From an uncultured Gemmatimonadales bacterium (lineage in GTDB: Bacteria; Gemmatimonadota; Gemmatimonadetes; Longimicrobiales; Gaopeijiaceae): a DNA stretch of 64,000 bases. A model generated the notes under the pieces. It was not told where the DNA came from. It did no database searches and saw nothing but the letters and a program-made list of their open reading frames with translations. Both the position numbers and the translations under genes were made by a program. The stretch lies in NCBI GenBank assembly GCA_963809895.1, contig CAWELD010000003.1:3136001-3200000 (forward strand). The letters are read 5' to 3'. Positions 41,766 through 52,020 of this stretch are shown piece by piece. How positions within the stretch are numbered: position 1 is the first letter of the stretch; every line of letters begins with the position of its first letter.

Positions 41766-43223
41766 TCAGCGCAGCCCCACCGTGCCCTTCACCGAGGCGA
41801 ACAGCTTGGCGCTGTCGTAGCCGACGCCGTCCTTGAAGACGAGCTCCACCTGCTCGATGGCGCTCACGTCGGTCACGGGATTTCCGCGCACCAGGACCAG
41901 ATCGGCGCGCTTGCCCGACTCCACCGTGCCCAGCTCGTCGTCCCGCCCCAGCGCCTTGGCGCCGTTGAGGGTGGCGATGCGGATGGCCTCGGCGAAGTCG
42001 TAGCCCTCCTCCACCAGCAGCTCGATGGCGCGCAGGTTCGAGTAGCCCGCCACCACGCCGCCGTAGCCCGTGGGATCGGTGCCCACGGTCAGCAATCCCC
42101 CGGCGTCGTGGAAGGCCTTCTCCATGGCCATGCCCTTGGCGAAGACCGTGGACCACGGCGACGACGAGCCCTGTTGCTGCACCTGCTCCCAGCGCTGCAC
42201 GTAGGCGTCGCGCAACTGCGGTAGCAGGGCGTCCAGCGCGCCCTGGGGTGCCTCGGGCCGCCCGGGGGTGAAGGTCTCGAAGACGGTGAGCGTCGAGGTC
42301 ATGGCCACGCCGCGCTCCACCAGGTGCTGCACCAGATCGCGAAAGGCGGGGCTGTCCAGGTCGAGCGCCGCGTACGACTGCGTGGCGGCTCCCCCCGCCG
42401 GACACCGGTCGGGCTCCTTGTCCGGCACCCAGTCCGTGGCTGCCAGGAAGCCGTGCTCGAGCTGATCGATGCCCAGGTCGGCGGCTTCGCGGTAGGTGAT
42501 GGAGCACAGGTGGCCCGTGACCCGGAGGCCGCGCGCGTGGGCTTCCTCCACCGCGGCGCGCAGCATGTCCCTGGACAGCAGGTTGTAGACCTTGAACGAG
42601 GTGACGCCGGCATCGGCCCAATAGCGCACCATGTCGCGGATCTCGTCGGCGTCGGCGGCACCGTGGACCGAGACGATGGGCAGCCCCTCTCCCTCCAGGT
42701 AGGGTCCGGTGACGTCCATGCGGGGCCCGACCCGCTGCCCGGCATCGATGAGGTCCCGGAGCTTCAGGTCCGTGTAGGGCTCCATGCTGCCGGCGGTGCG
42801 GATGGTGGTGGCGCCGCCGGCCAGATACAGGGGCGGAAAGCTCGAGGAGTTGGTGTTGTAGCGCCCGTCGCCCGACACGTAGAAGAGGTGCTCGTGGGTC
42901 ATGACGAAGCCGGGCATGAGCGTGCGGCCGGCGCCGTCGATGACCCGGGCGCCGTCGGGCACCGCCACCTCGCCGTCGGCGCCCACCGCCTGGATGCGGC
43001 CGTCGGCCACGAGCACGGTCTGCCCCTCGCGCACCGGGCCGCCGGTCCCGTCCACGAGGCGCACGCCCCGGATGGCCACCACCGGCTCGTCCACGGCGAT
43101 GAAGGGTCGCACCCGGGGTCCGAAGGTGTCGGGGCGCTGAGCCCGTACCGCAAGCGGGGCCAGACCGGCAGCCGCGGCGGCCAGCCACATCGCGAGCACG
43201 CCACGGACGGCGCCGGCGCTCAC
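41766..43223 (-). CDS. Secreted amidohydrolase family protein
   Basis: PGFVMTHEH (HxH), GATTIRT, LEHG, GTD, ATLNGA, GKRADLV. Confidence 0.9.
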   Translation of the reverse strand: MSAGAVRGVLAMWLAAAAAGLAPLAVRAQRPDTFGPRVRPFIAVDEPVVAIRGVRLVDGTGGPVREGQTVLVADGRIQAVGADGEVAVPDGARVIDGAGRTLMPGFVMTHEHLFYVSGDGRYNTNSSSFPPLYLAGGATTIRTAGSMEPYTDLKLRDLIDAGQRVGPRMDVTGPYLEGEGLPIVSVHGAADADEIRDMVRYWADAGVTSFKVYNLLSRDMLRAAVEEAHARGLRVTGHLCSITYREAADLGIDQLEHGFLAATDWVPDKEPDRCPAGGAATQSYAALDLDSPAFRDLVQHLVERGVAMTSTLTVFETFTPGRPEAPQGALDALLPQLRDAYVQRWEQVQQQGSSSPWSTVFAKGMAMEKAFHDAGGLLTVGTDPTGYGGVVAGYSNLRAIELLVEEGYDFAEAIRIATLNGAKALGRDDELGTVESGKRADLVLVRGNPVTDVSAIEQVELVFKDGVGYDSAKLFASVKGTVGLR

Positions 43224-43253
43224 CTGCCCCGGCGCGACGGGCCCCTCTCTTCC

Positions 43254-43685
43254 TCACCGCCACACCTCGGCGGTGATCCGCAGGTCCGCGCCTTCGGACA
43301 GCCACAGCCAGCGACCCTCGATCTGATAGCCGTCCACCGCCTGCAACGCTTCGAGGATGGTGCGCTCACGTGCCTGGCCCGCCGGGGCCCGGCACGTCGT
43401 GCGGGTGGTGGCCAACGGACCGAAGGTGACGTGCGTGCCGTCGGACCGGTACGGGCCCGAGAAGCGGTTGCATCCGGTGGCGCCGTAGACCTTGCCCTCG
43501 GCGGACAGGATCAGCAGGTGCGGCGCCAGGTTCACGTCGTTCCCGGCGGGCACGGGCTGACCGTTCACCTGAACGATGCGCCAGGTCGTGCCCTCCAGGA
43601 CGGCGGGCACGTCGCTACGGCCACCACCGGTGGCACAACCCAGTACGAGGAGCGATGCGGCGAACATCGGGGCCAGGCGGCGCAT
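43254..43685 (-). CDS. META domain lipoprotein (HslJ-like)
   Basis: Lipobox VLGC; LEGTTWRI, GATGCNRFSGPY, LATTRTTC. Confidence 0.85.
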   Translation of the reverse strand: MRRLAPMFAASLLVLGCATGGGRSDVPAVLEGTTWRIVQVNGQPVPAGNDVNLAPHLLILSAEGKVYGATGCNRFSGPYRSDGTHVTFGPLATTRTTCRAPAGQARERTILEALQAVDGYQIEGRWLWLSEGADLRITAEVWR

Positions 43686-43737
43686 ACGACGCTCCAGAGC
43701 AGGCGAGAGGGTCAGGCGAGACCGGATCCGAACAATG

Positions 43738-44907
43738 TCACGACGGATCCTCTGGCGCACCACCCGCCGCCGACTCGGGGCGGGGCAGCACCGCGGTGGC
43801 CGCCCGCGCCAGCACGTGTCGCAACGGGAACATGACGGCGGCGGCCAACGCCCCGGCCAGGAGCGAGCCCGTGAAGCCCGGCAGGCCGAGCGTGGCCTCC
43901 ACCCACGACGACAGCGCGTTCTCGAGCCCCGCGAACAGGAGCAATCCCCCGGCGCCCAGCGCCCCGTACACGGTGCTGCGGCGGAGCACCAGGCCCGGGT
44001 CCACCGCGCCGTCGTAGAAGACCGCGACCGCCGTGCTCACGACCAGCACCGTGGGCGCCAGCAGCACGAGCGCGGCCATGACGGCCATGAGCGGATCGGG
44101 GATCGAGACGTCCGTGGCAGCCAGCAAGGCGAACACGGAGGGAATCACCAGGATCAGCCAGCCGGCGGTGACCAGGCCGACGACCAGCCACAGGACCGGC
44201 CGTCGCTGCCCGGGGGTCGCGAGACGATAGCCGGTGACGAGATTGCGCGCCCCGAGCCCGATGGCCGCCAGCGGCGCCAACAGCATGAGCACGACGGACG
44301 GCCCCAGGCCCAGTACCAGCGCCAACTGCGGCCGCTGTTCGGGCTCGATCCACCCGGCGGCGCTGGCGCCGATCCGCGTCAGGGCCACCGCCACCAGCGC
44401 CGTGCCCCAGACCACCGACGGACGGAAGAGCGCCACCCGCACGCGCCGCAGAAAAGCCAGGTGCCGGGCGGGCCGAAGATCCGTTCCCCGGAGGGGTGCC
44501 GGAAAGAGCACCGACACGCGCAGGAAGGCGGCCGCGGCCAGGATCATGCCCGCGCTGGCCAATGCCAGGCTCCAGCCGCCGGCGGCTACGTTCACGCTCA
44601 CCGTGCCCGGCACCACCGACACCTCCAGGAAGCGCAGCAGGGATCCCCACACGGCGGCCAGGAAGGCCAGGAAGAGCGCCAGGCTGCGGGCGCCGCTGCG
44701 GTGCCACGAGCGCACCACCAGCACGCCGGCCAACACGCACGCCCCCAGTGCCGTCACCACGGTCAGCGCCACGGCCCACAGCACGATCTGGAAGCGCGCG
44801 GGCAGAACGCCGCTCAGCTCCGCGAAGCGCGGGAGCAGCAGGGCCACGTGCGCCAAGGCCGCCAGCACCAGGGCGCCGGTGAAGAGCCTGGACAGCCGTG
44901 CGGGCAT
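43738..44907 (-). CDS. Polytopic membrane protein resembling a sensor input module without an output domain
   Basis: About 9-10 hydrophobic segments; ends shortly after DPGLVLRRSTVYGAL...FPLR. Confidence 0.65.
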   Translation of the reverse strand: MPARLSRLFTGALVLAALAHVALLLPRFAELSGVLPARFQIVLWAVALTVVTALGACVLAGVLVVRSWHRSGARSLALFLAFLAAVWGSLLRFLEVSVVPGTVSVNVAAGGWSLALASAGMILAAAAFLRVSVLFPAPLRGTDLRPARHLAFLRRVRVALFRPSVVWGTALVAVALTRIGASAAGWIEPEQRPQLALVLGLGPSVVLMLLAPLAAIGLGARNLVTGYRLATPGQRRPVLWLVVGLVTAGWLILVIPSVFALLAATDVSIPDPLMAVMAALVLLAPTVLVVSTAVAVFYDGAVDPGLVLRRSTVYGALGAGGLLLFAGLENALSSWVEATLGLPGFTGSLLAGALAAAVMFPLRHVLARAATAVLPRPESAAGGAPEDPS

Positions 44908-45026
44908 ATCCGCCAAGAGACCTCCCGACCGAAGGACGAGGGAAGAATCTAGCGAAGAAGAACGCAACGGGCCCCACCGTTCATCCGGCAGGGCCCGTCG
45001 AAGCAGGTCGCTCGTGGCGGCGCTGC

Positions 45027-46352
45027 CTACCCCCGGCCGGAGGGCCGCGCCACGTTCCCGTGCGCCACGGAGAGCTCGGCCTCGATCATCTCCGGCTGCT
45101 GCAGCGGTTGCCAGATCTGGATCACCGGGAAGGTGGTCAGGAACCAGCGCAGCGACGCCAGGAACAGCCCCAGGAATCCCACGCCGATGAGCACCTGGAA
45201 GACCTCGGCCTTCGGATCGTAGGCCGGCAGCAGCGAGGGGGCCACCAACATGTAGCGCTCGCTCCAGAGCCCGAACAGGATGACGCCGGTGAAGAACTGC
45301 AGGATGCCCGGTGTGAGCTTGGGCTTGCGGCCCAGCAGCCCGGCGAAGGGGATGATGAAGCAGAGCACCACCACGGTGGCGGAATAGGGGCCCCAGGCCG
45401 CGCCGCTCCGATGCACCACGTAGGCCTGCTCCCAGGGAAGCTTGCCGTACCAGATCACCAGGTACTGGGACCAGAACAGGTAGGTCCAGAACACGCAGAA
45501 GGCGAAGGCGAGCTTGCCCAGGTCGTGGCGCTGCTGCAGCCCGATGGCCCGGGAGACCTCACCGTCCTTGCGCCGCAGCCAGACCGCGGCGACCGCGGTG
45601 GCCGCGATCCCCCCCCAGAACGCGCCCATGAAGAACCAGGCCCCGAACAGCGTGCTGTACCAGTGGGGCTCCAGGCTCATGACGAAGTCGTACGCCAGGA
45701 AGCTCATGACCGTGGCGTAGACCAGCACCAGCACGGGAGCCAGGCGGGCCATGCGCTGCGAGCTCCGCACCTCCTCGGCCTCCTGACCCAGCCAGCCGGA
45801 CATGATGCGGTCGCGCCAGCTCGCGCGGGCCGGATCCAGCGAGGGCCCGTCCACCAGGCCCATGTCGGGACGCACCGCCATGTAGACGAAGTAGAGGCCC
45901 AGCCCGAACAGGAGGAGCGGTCCCACCACGTTGCGGGTCACGAAGAAGGGCACGTTCAGGTACGCGGCCTTCTTCTGCAGGACCGGATCGTGGGCCATCT
46001 CGGCGATCCACGGAAAGTAGTTCTCCCGCAGCCCGAGGAGCATGGGTATCAGCAACACCAGCGCGATGGGCAGGAAGGCGCCGAACGCCACGCTGATGCG
46101 GCGCACCGACCAGTTCCACTTGGCCTTCACGATGGTGGTGGCGGCGGCGAAGATCACCGCGCCCATGGCCACGCTCGTGAAGAAGAGCCAGTTGGAGACG
46201 TAGCTCACCCACGCCATGGTGGGATCCTGGCCCCGGGCGACGAAGAACGCGACCACGCCCACGAGCGCCATGGCCCCGTAGACCAGGTTGGCGCCCTTGC
46301 TCCGGTCCAGATAGCGGACCGGGATGTGGTCGGGAATGTGGATCTGGGCCAT
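45027..46352 (-). CDS. actF: Alternative complex III subunit ActF
   Basis: NrfD-like paralogue: YLNVPFF, MSLEPHWYSTLFG, HDLGKL, WTYLFWSQYLVIWYG; last gene of the act operon. Confidence 0.88.
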   Translation of the reverse strand: MAQIHIPDHIPVRYLDRSKGANLVYGAMALVGVVAFFVARGQDPTMAWVSYVSNWLFFTSVAMGAVIFAAATTIVKAKWNWSVRRISVAFGAFLPIALVLLIPMLLGLRENYFPWIAEMAHDPVLQKKAAYLNVPFFVTRNVVGPLLLFGLGLYFVYMAVRPDMGLVDGPSLDPARASWRDRIMSGWLGQEAEEVRSSQRMARLAPVLVLVYATVMSFLAYDFVMSLEPHWYSTLFGAWFFMGAFWGGIAATAVAAVWLRRKDGEVSRAIGLQQRHDLGKLAFAFCVFWTYLFWSQYLVIWYGKLPWEQAYVVHRSGAAWGPYSATVVVLCFIIPFAGLLGRKPKLTPGILQFFTGVILFGLWSERYMLVAPSLLPAYDPKAEVFQVLIGVGFLGLFLASLRWFLTTFPVIQIWQPLQQPEMIEAELSVAHGNVARPSGRG

Positions 46353-46355
46353 GGC

Positions 46356-47015
46356 TCAGCGCTCCCCGCCGGCGCCGGCGCTGTCCGCCGCCTGGGCCTG
46401 ATTTGCGTTGTACTGTGCCTGAAGTCGTCGCACGTAGTTGATCACGTTCCAGCGGTCGAAATGGGTGATCTGGTGCGCGTACGAGGGCATGAGCCCCCGG
46501 CCCACCCGGATCATCCCGTAGATGTAGCCGTCGGGATAGCCCTGCACCTGGGGGCCGGCCAGGTTGTAGACCTGCAGCGCCGGCCATTTGTCCACGATGA
46601 GGGCGTCGGCGCCGATCCCTTCGGGCCCGTGACAGACGATGCAGGTGCGGTTGTAGATGACCTGGCCACGAGCCAACGAGGCCGAATCGGCCGGCACCGG
46701 ATTCTGGAGGTTCTGCAACACCGCCGTGCCCGGAGGCACCGCGGTGGCGGCCTGCGTGAAGTCCGGCACCGTGTAGTCGGTCTCCAGCGGCTCGCCGATG
46801 TTCACGTCGCCCGGTGCGGGCGGGAAGTTGCCCGACGAGAAGGAGATGGCGCCCTCGGCGGGCATGCGCGTGTTCTCGTAGGGATCGAACGACGCCTGGC
46901 TGCGCATGCTGCGCCCGAAGATGGCCACCATGGCGTCGTCGAGGGCGGTGCAGGCCGAGGCGCTGAAGGCCACGGTCAGGATCGTCAGGGCCCGGAGCAG
47001 GCGCGCGCTACGCAT
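46356..47015 (-). CDS. actE: Alternative complex III monoheme cytochrome c lipoprotein ActE
   Basis: Lipobox ASAC; CIVCH; MPSY...DRWNVINYVR. Confidence 0.85.
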   Translation of the reverse strand: MRSARLLRALTILTVAFSASACTALDDAMVAIFGRSMRSQASFDPYENTRMPAEGAISFSSGNFPPAPGDVNIGEPLETDYTVPDFTQAATAVPPGTAVLQNLQNPVPADSASLARGQVIYNRTCIVCHGPEGIGADALIVDKWPALQVYNLAGPQVQGYPDGYIYGMIRVGRGLMPSYAHQITHFDRWNVINYVRRLQAQYNANQAQAADSAGAGGER

Positions 47016-47532
47016 GGGCGCCCTCCGTGTCCTCGAGGAGCTCGATGGGATGATGCTCCTCGAGGATGGCCCGGGCCTCCTCGAGACGCTTGCCCTCGGC
47101 CGAGACGTAGATGCCGAAGCGTCCCGCGCTGAACTCGGGATCGTAGACCACCATGGGCTTGGTCTTGGGCAGGCGGCTGTTGATGAAGAGCCCCAGCACC
47201 GTGGCCAGCGCGCCGAACAGGATGGTCAGCTCGAAGGCGATCACCACGTAGGCGGGGATCGACAGGATCGGCTTGCCCCCGGTGATCAACGGCCAGTCCA
47301 CCGAGGTGAACGAGGTGAAGGCGAAGCCCGTGGCGGTCCCCGTGAGCGCCCCCACCAGGGTGAACACGCGCACGGGGCTCTGATCGTAGCCCATGGCGTG
47401 CTCCAGGTGGTGCTCCGGGAAGGGTGCGTACGCGGTCAGGTCCTGGAACCCTTCCTTCCGCAGCCTGGTCACGGACGCCACGATGTCGTCCAGGTATTCG
47501 AACGAAGCCAGAAGGCCGGTGGTGCCGCTCAT
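47008..47532 (-). CDS. actD: Alternative complex III subunit ActD (DUF3341)
   Basis: YAPFP, WPLITGGKP, FELTILFGA; operon position. Confidence 0.88.
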   Translation of the reverse strand: MSGTTGLLASFEYLDDIVASVTRLRKEGFQDLTAYAPFPEHHLEHAMGYDQSPVRVFTLVGALTGTATGFAFTSFTSVDWPLITGGKPILSIPAYVVIAFELTILFGALATVLGLFINSRLPKTKPMVVYDPEFSAGRFGIYVSAEGKRLEEARAILEEHHPIELLEDTEGAHA

Positions 47533-47533
47533 G

Positions 47534-48913
47534 TTATGCCTCCGCCTCCTGGTGTTGCCTGCCCCGCAGGGGTGCCGGCAACACCTCCTTCAACTCGGCG
47601 ATGGCCACGGGCGGCAGCAGCCGGGTGAAGAGCAGGAACCAGAACCCGAACCAGGCGAAGCTGCCGATGAGGATGCCCATCTCCACGATGGAGGGCCGGT
47701 AGACACCCCACGCGAAGGGCTCGTACTCGTGGGCCAGCGAGGTGACGATGATGACGTAGCGCTCGAACCACATCCCGATGTTGACGAAGATCGAGATGAC
47801 GAACAGCGCCGGGATGGAGCGCCGGATGCGCCGGAACCACAGCATCATGGGCACGAAGCCGTTGCAGGTGAGCATGGTCCAGCTCGCCCACCAGTAGTTG
47901 CCGAAGAGCCGGTTCCAGAACACCTGCCGCTCCGGCGCCTCGCCGCTGTACCACGCCATGAAGAACTCGGTGAGGTACGAGTAGAAGACGATGAGCGACG
48001 TGAGCAGGCAGAGCTTGGCCAGCGCGTCGAAGTGCTTCGGCGTGAGGTAGGCCTCGAGGCCGAACATCTTGCGCATGGGCACGGCCAGGGTGATGACCAT
48101 GGCCACGCCCGAGTAGATGGCGCCGGCCACGAAGTACGGCGCGAAGATGGTGGCGTGCCAGCCGGGCACGATCCCCATGGCGAAGTCCCAGGACACCACC
48201 GAGTGCACCGACAGCACCAGCGGCGTGGCCAGGGCGGCGAGGAAGATGTAGGCCTTGCCGAAGTGGTGCCATTCGCGGTCCGTGCCGCGCCATCCCAGCG
48301 ATGCGATCTGGTAGAGCTTCTTGCGTAGCCCGGTGGCCCCGTCACGCGCGGCGGCGATGTCCGGGATCGTTCCCAGGTAGAAGAAGACCGCCGACACGGT
48401 GAAGTAGGTGGTCACCGCGAACACGTCCCACACCAGCGGTGACCGGAAGTTGGGCCACAGGAAGCGGGCGTTGGGATACGGGATCAGCCAGTAGGCGTGC
48501 CAGACCCGGCCCACGTGGATGAGCGGGAAGAGCCCGGCGGTCATGACCGCGAACACGGTCATGGCCTCGGCGGCACGGTAGACCGACTGCCGCCAGGGTG
48601 CCCGGAACAGGAAGAGAATCGCCGAGATGAGCGTTCCCGAGTGGGCGATACCGACCCAGAAGACGAAGGTCGTGATGTAGACCCCCCATCCCACCGGGTT
48701 CATGAGCCCACTCACCCCGATGCCCCGGTAGATCTGCCATCCCCAGGACACGAAGAACAGGCCCACGCCCGCCAGAAGGAGGGCGAACATCGCCCACCAC
48801 GCCTTGCCGGGAGCGGACAGCGCCTTGAGCACGTCGTTGTTGACGTCGGCATAGCGCTCGACGTCGGGGTGCGTCAGTGCTCCCCGCCTCTGGGATTCCG
48901 TCAACGTCGCCAT
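47534..48913 (-). CDS. actC: Alternative complex III quinol-binding subunit ActC (NrfD family)
   Basis: FVFWVGIAHSGTLISAIL, RAAEAMT, NFRSPLVWD, LSVHSVVSWDF, WHATIFAPYFVAGAI, GMWFERY. Confidence 0.92.
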   Translation of the reverse strand: MATLTESQRRGALTHPDVERYADVNNDVLKALSAPGKAWWAMFALLLAGVGLFFVSWGWQIYRGIGVSGLMNPVGWGVYITTFVFWVGIAHSGTLISAILFLFRAPWRQSVYRAAEAMTVFAVMTAGLFPLIHVGRVWHAYWLIPYPNARFLWPNFRSPLVWDVFAVTTYFTVSAVFFYLGTIPDIAAARDGATGLRKKLYQIASLGWRGTDREWHHFGKAYIFLAALATPLVLSVHSVVSWDFAMGIVPGWHATIFAPYFVAGAIYSGVAMVITLAVPMRKMFGLEAYLTPKHFDALAKLCLLTSLIVFYSYLTEFFMAWYSGEAPERQVFWNRLFGNYWWASWTMLTCNGFVPMMLWFRRIRRSIPALFVISIFVNIGMWFERYVIIVTSLAHEYEPFAWGVYRPSIVEMGILIGSFAWFGFWFLLFTRLLPPVAIAELKEVLPAPLRGRQHQEAEA

Positions 48914-48971
48914 AGTCGACCCTGGCTCTCTCTCCGAGCAGTCACGCCGCACACCTCCGGGGTCAGCCGGC

Positions 48972-51900
48972 TCAATGCTCGGCCGACGCCACTTCGTGGA
49001 AGGTCACCTTCTTCAGGTAGCTCACCGCGGGCTGGGTGTTGATCATCTCGTCCAGCACGCGGTAGGTCCTCTCGTTCTGCACCTTCTGCGCGACCCGTGA
49101 CTCCGGGTCGCGGATGTTGCCGAAGACGATGGCCTCGGCGGGACAGCTCTGCTGACACGCCGGTACCACGTCGCCGTCGCGCACGCCGCGATCCTCCAGC
49201 ACGGCCCGGTTCTGGGCCTCGCGGATGCGCTGCACGCAGAACGTGCACTTTTCCATCACCCCGTTCTCGCGAACCGTGACGTCGGGGTTGAACTGCCAGT
49301 TCATGGGCTCCGGCACGTCGGTGTACGTGTACCAGTTGAACACGCGCACCTTGTAGGGGCAGTTGTTCGCGCAGTAGCGCGTGCCCACGCAGCGGTTGTA
49401 GACCTGGCCGTTGAGTCCGTCGGGCGTGTGGTACGCCGCGAACACCGGGCACACCGGCTCGCAGGGAGCGTTGCCGCAGTGCTGGCAGAGCATGGGCAGG
49501 TGGCGCACGTCCACCGGGCCCGCCTCGGCGGCGTTGACGTCCTCGTAGTACCGCTCGATGCGGATCCAGGCGAGGTCGCGGCCCATGCGCACCTGGTCCT
49601 CGCCCACCCACGGCACGTTGTTCTCGGACTGGCAGGCCACCACGCACGCGGAGCAGCCGGTGCACTTGTCCAGATCGATGGCCATGGCCCAGCGCGGGGT
49701 GTTGGCCGGATCGGCGTAGCCACCGTACTCGGCCCCGGGTAGCGGGTAGTCCTGCGGCCGGCCCTCGGTCTCGACGGGAACGAACCCGCCCACGGCCTGG
49801 AGCTCGTGGCGCAGCTCGCCCTCGCCCTCACCCGCTTCGCCTTCTTCGGCGGCCATGGGCTCGTGGCCCAGATCCGCCAACGCCACCGCCGGGGCGACGT
49901 TGCGATCGTGCTGGGTCTCGGCCCCTGCGATGGTGGCCAGGCGCATGTGGTCGCCGGTGGGCTCCACCGATACGCGGGTGGCCAGATGCACCAGGCCTCC
50001 CGAGGGCTGCTCGGCCACCGCCGGCAACAGCACCATGGGATTCACACCGAAGCCGGCGGCCCAGCGTCCGGTGCTGCGGCCGCTGCCCATGGCGATGGCC
50101 ACCGTGTCGGCCCGGATGCCCGGATAGACCCACACCGGCACGTTCAGATCGCCGTGGGGCGAGGTGACGTGCACGATGTCGCCGTTGGCGACGCCCAGGC
50201 GCTCGGCGGCATCGGGATGGACCTCCACCCAGGAGTGCCAGGCCAGCTTGGACACCGGGTCCGGAAGCTCGCGCATCCAGGGCCGGTTGGCCTGGCGCCC
50301 GTCGCCGAAGCGCGACGAGGGATAGACGATGAGGGCGAACTCCCCGTCGCCGTCCAGCCCCGGCCGCTCGAAGGTGAGCGCCGCATCGGCCGAGCGCAGC
50401 GCGGTGCCCTCGTCGGTGCCGGCGCCCTCCACCGTCACCACGCCGTGCTTGAGCGCCCACTTCCACCAGGTCTCGAAGTCCTGCCCGCCGCCGGCCATGC
50501 CGTGGATCTGCTGCCAGCGGGTGCGCAGGTGGTCGTAGAAGGTGTCGGCGCCCAACGGATTGCCGGTGCGGTTCGCCACCGACAGGAACACGTCGCCCAC
50601 CTGCTTGGTGTCGAAGTGCGGCACCGGTCGCATGACCGGCTGGCGCACGGCGAACACCCCGGGCCGCGGACGCGAGTCGCCCCACGCCTCCAGGAAGTGG
50701 CGGTCCGGCAGAATCAGGTCCGCCATCTCGGCCGTCTCGTCGGGCTCGTGGGCGAAGGCCACCTTGAAGGCCACCCCGCCGAAGGCGTCGCTGAAGCCCG
50801 ACGCCGGTGGCAGCGAGTGCACCGGATTGGCGCCGTGCACCATGACCACGCCGACGTTGCCGCCGGCCATGGACCGGATCGCCGACTCCATGTCGCCGTA
50901 GGGAGCGGACGCGGCCGAGGCCGTGGTGGTGGCGAGTTGGACCGTGCGGCCCACGTTGCCGGCCACGGCGTTCAGAATCAGCACCGCCAGGTTCGAGGCC
51001 GTGGCGTTGCGGTGCTGTCCGGCCACGCCCGGGCCCAGCGCCACGCTGGGACCGTTGGCGGTGAAGCGCGAGGCCAGATCGCGGAGCGTCTCCACCGAGA
51101 TGCCGGCGTCGCGGGCCGCGGTCTCGGGATCGTAGGCGGCGAGCACCGAGGCGTAGGGGCCGGCGTCGGCGCCGTTCGCGGCCAGGATCGAGGCCATGCC
51201 CAGGGCCACGGCGGCTTCGGCACCGGGGGCCACGGGGATCCACTCGTCGGCGTTCTGACCGGTGAGCGAGAGACGGGGGCCCACGTAGACGAAGGGGGCC
51301 TTGTCACCTTCCTCGCTCACGCCCGACGCCTGGGCGAACTGCCGGCCGTACTCCACCGGCGACAACCAGGTCTCCAGGAAGTCGGCGCCGAAGGACAGCA
51401 CGAAGTTGGCGCCCTCGAGATCGTAGTGCGGCACCACGTCGCGGCCGAAGGCGATGCGCGTGGCCTCACGGAGCGGCGCCTCGGACAGGCCCTCGTACTC
51501 CACCCGCGTGCCGCCCACGGCGCTGAGGAAGCGGTCGGCCAGATCCGTCATCGAGGGCCCCATGGTCCCCGAGATCAGCAGCACGTTGCCCGCGGCCCCA
51601 CGAATGCGATCGGCCAGCAGGGCTTCCGCCTCTTCCCAGGTGGCGGAGCGGAGCTGGCCGTTCTCGCGGATCATCGGTCCCGTGTAGCGGTCCGCGCTGT
51701 AGAGGCCCTGCAGCGAGGAGTGCCCCCGAGCGCACAGGGCGCCCTGCGACACCGGGTGACGGGGGTTGCCCTCCACCTTGACCACCCGACCCTCGCGGGT
51801 CTTGACCCACATGCCGCACTCGGCGGGGCATTCCTGGCAGACCGTGGTGTACCAGGTCGCCACGCCCGGCGTGATGTCCTCCGGGGGGACCACGTAGGGG

Positions 51901-52004
51901 AGGAGCTTCTCCACCTTCTGGGTGGAGCAGCCGATGAGCCCGGCCCCGGCGCTGCTGACGCCCAGGACCTTGAGGAAATCCCGCCTCTTGATGCCGTCGC
52001 TCAT
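48972..52004 (-). CDS. actB: Alternative complex III subunit ActB (molybdopterin-oxidoreductase-like plus Fe-S domain)
   Basis: Tat signal KRRDFLK; ELPDPVSKLAW; CTGCSACVVACQSEN, CQHCGNAPCEPVCP, RCVGTRYCANNCPYK, EKCTFC...CQQSCP. Confidence 0.92.
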   Translation of the reverse strand: MSDGIKRRDFLKVLGVSSAGAGLIGCSTQKVEKLLPYVVPPEDITPGVATWYTTVCQECPAECGMWVKTREGRVVKVEGNPRHPVSQGALCARGHSSLQGLYSADRYTGPMIRENGQLRSATWEEAEALLADRIRGAAGNVLLISGTMGPSMTDLADRFLSAVGGTRVEYEGLSEAPLREATRIAFGRDVVPHYDLEGANFVLSFGADFLETWLSPVEYGRQFAQASGVSEEGDKAPFVYVGPRLSLTGQNADEWIPVAPGAEAAVALGMASILAANGADAGPYASVLAAYDPETAARDAGISVETLRDLASRFTANGPSVALGPGVAGQHRNATASNLAVLILNAVAGNVGRTVQLATTTASAASAPYGDMESAIRSMAGGNVGVVMVHGANPVHSLPPASGFSDAFGGVAFKVAFAHEPDETAEMADLILPDRHFLEAWGDSRPRPGVFAVRQPVMRPVPHFDTKQVGDVFLSVANRTGNPLGADTFYDHLRTRWQQIHGMAGGGQDFETWWKWALKHGVVTVEGAGTDEGTALRSADAALTFERPGLDGDGEFALIVYPSSRFGDGRQANRPWMRELPDPVSKLAWHSWVEVHPDAAERLGVANGDIVHVTSPHGDLNVPVWVYPGIRADTVAIAMGSGRSTGRWAAGFGVNPMVLLPAVAEQPSGGLVHLATRVSVEPTGDHMRLATIAGAETQHDRNVAPAVALADLGHEPMAAEEGEAGEGEGELRHELQAVGGFVPVETEGRPQDYPLPGAEYGGYADPANTPRWAMAIDLDKCTGCSACVVACQSENNVPWVGEDQVRMGRDLAWIRIERYYEDVNAAEAGPVDVRHLPMLCQHCGNAPCEPVCPVFAAYHTPDGLNGQVYNRCVGTRYCANNCPYKVRVFNWYTYTDVPEPMNWQFNPDVTVRENGVMEKCTFCVQRIREAQNRAVLEDRGVRDGDVVPACQQSCPAEAIVFGNIRDPESRVAQKVQNERTYRVLDEMINTQPAVSYLKKVTFHEVASAEH

Positions 52005-52020
52005 GCTCTGATCCAGGGTC

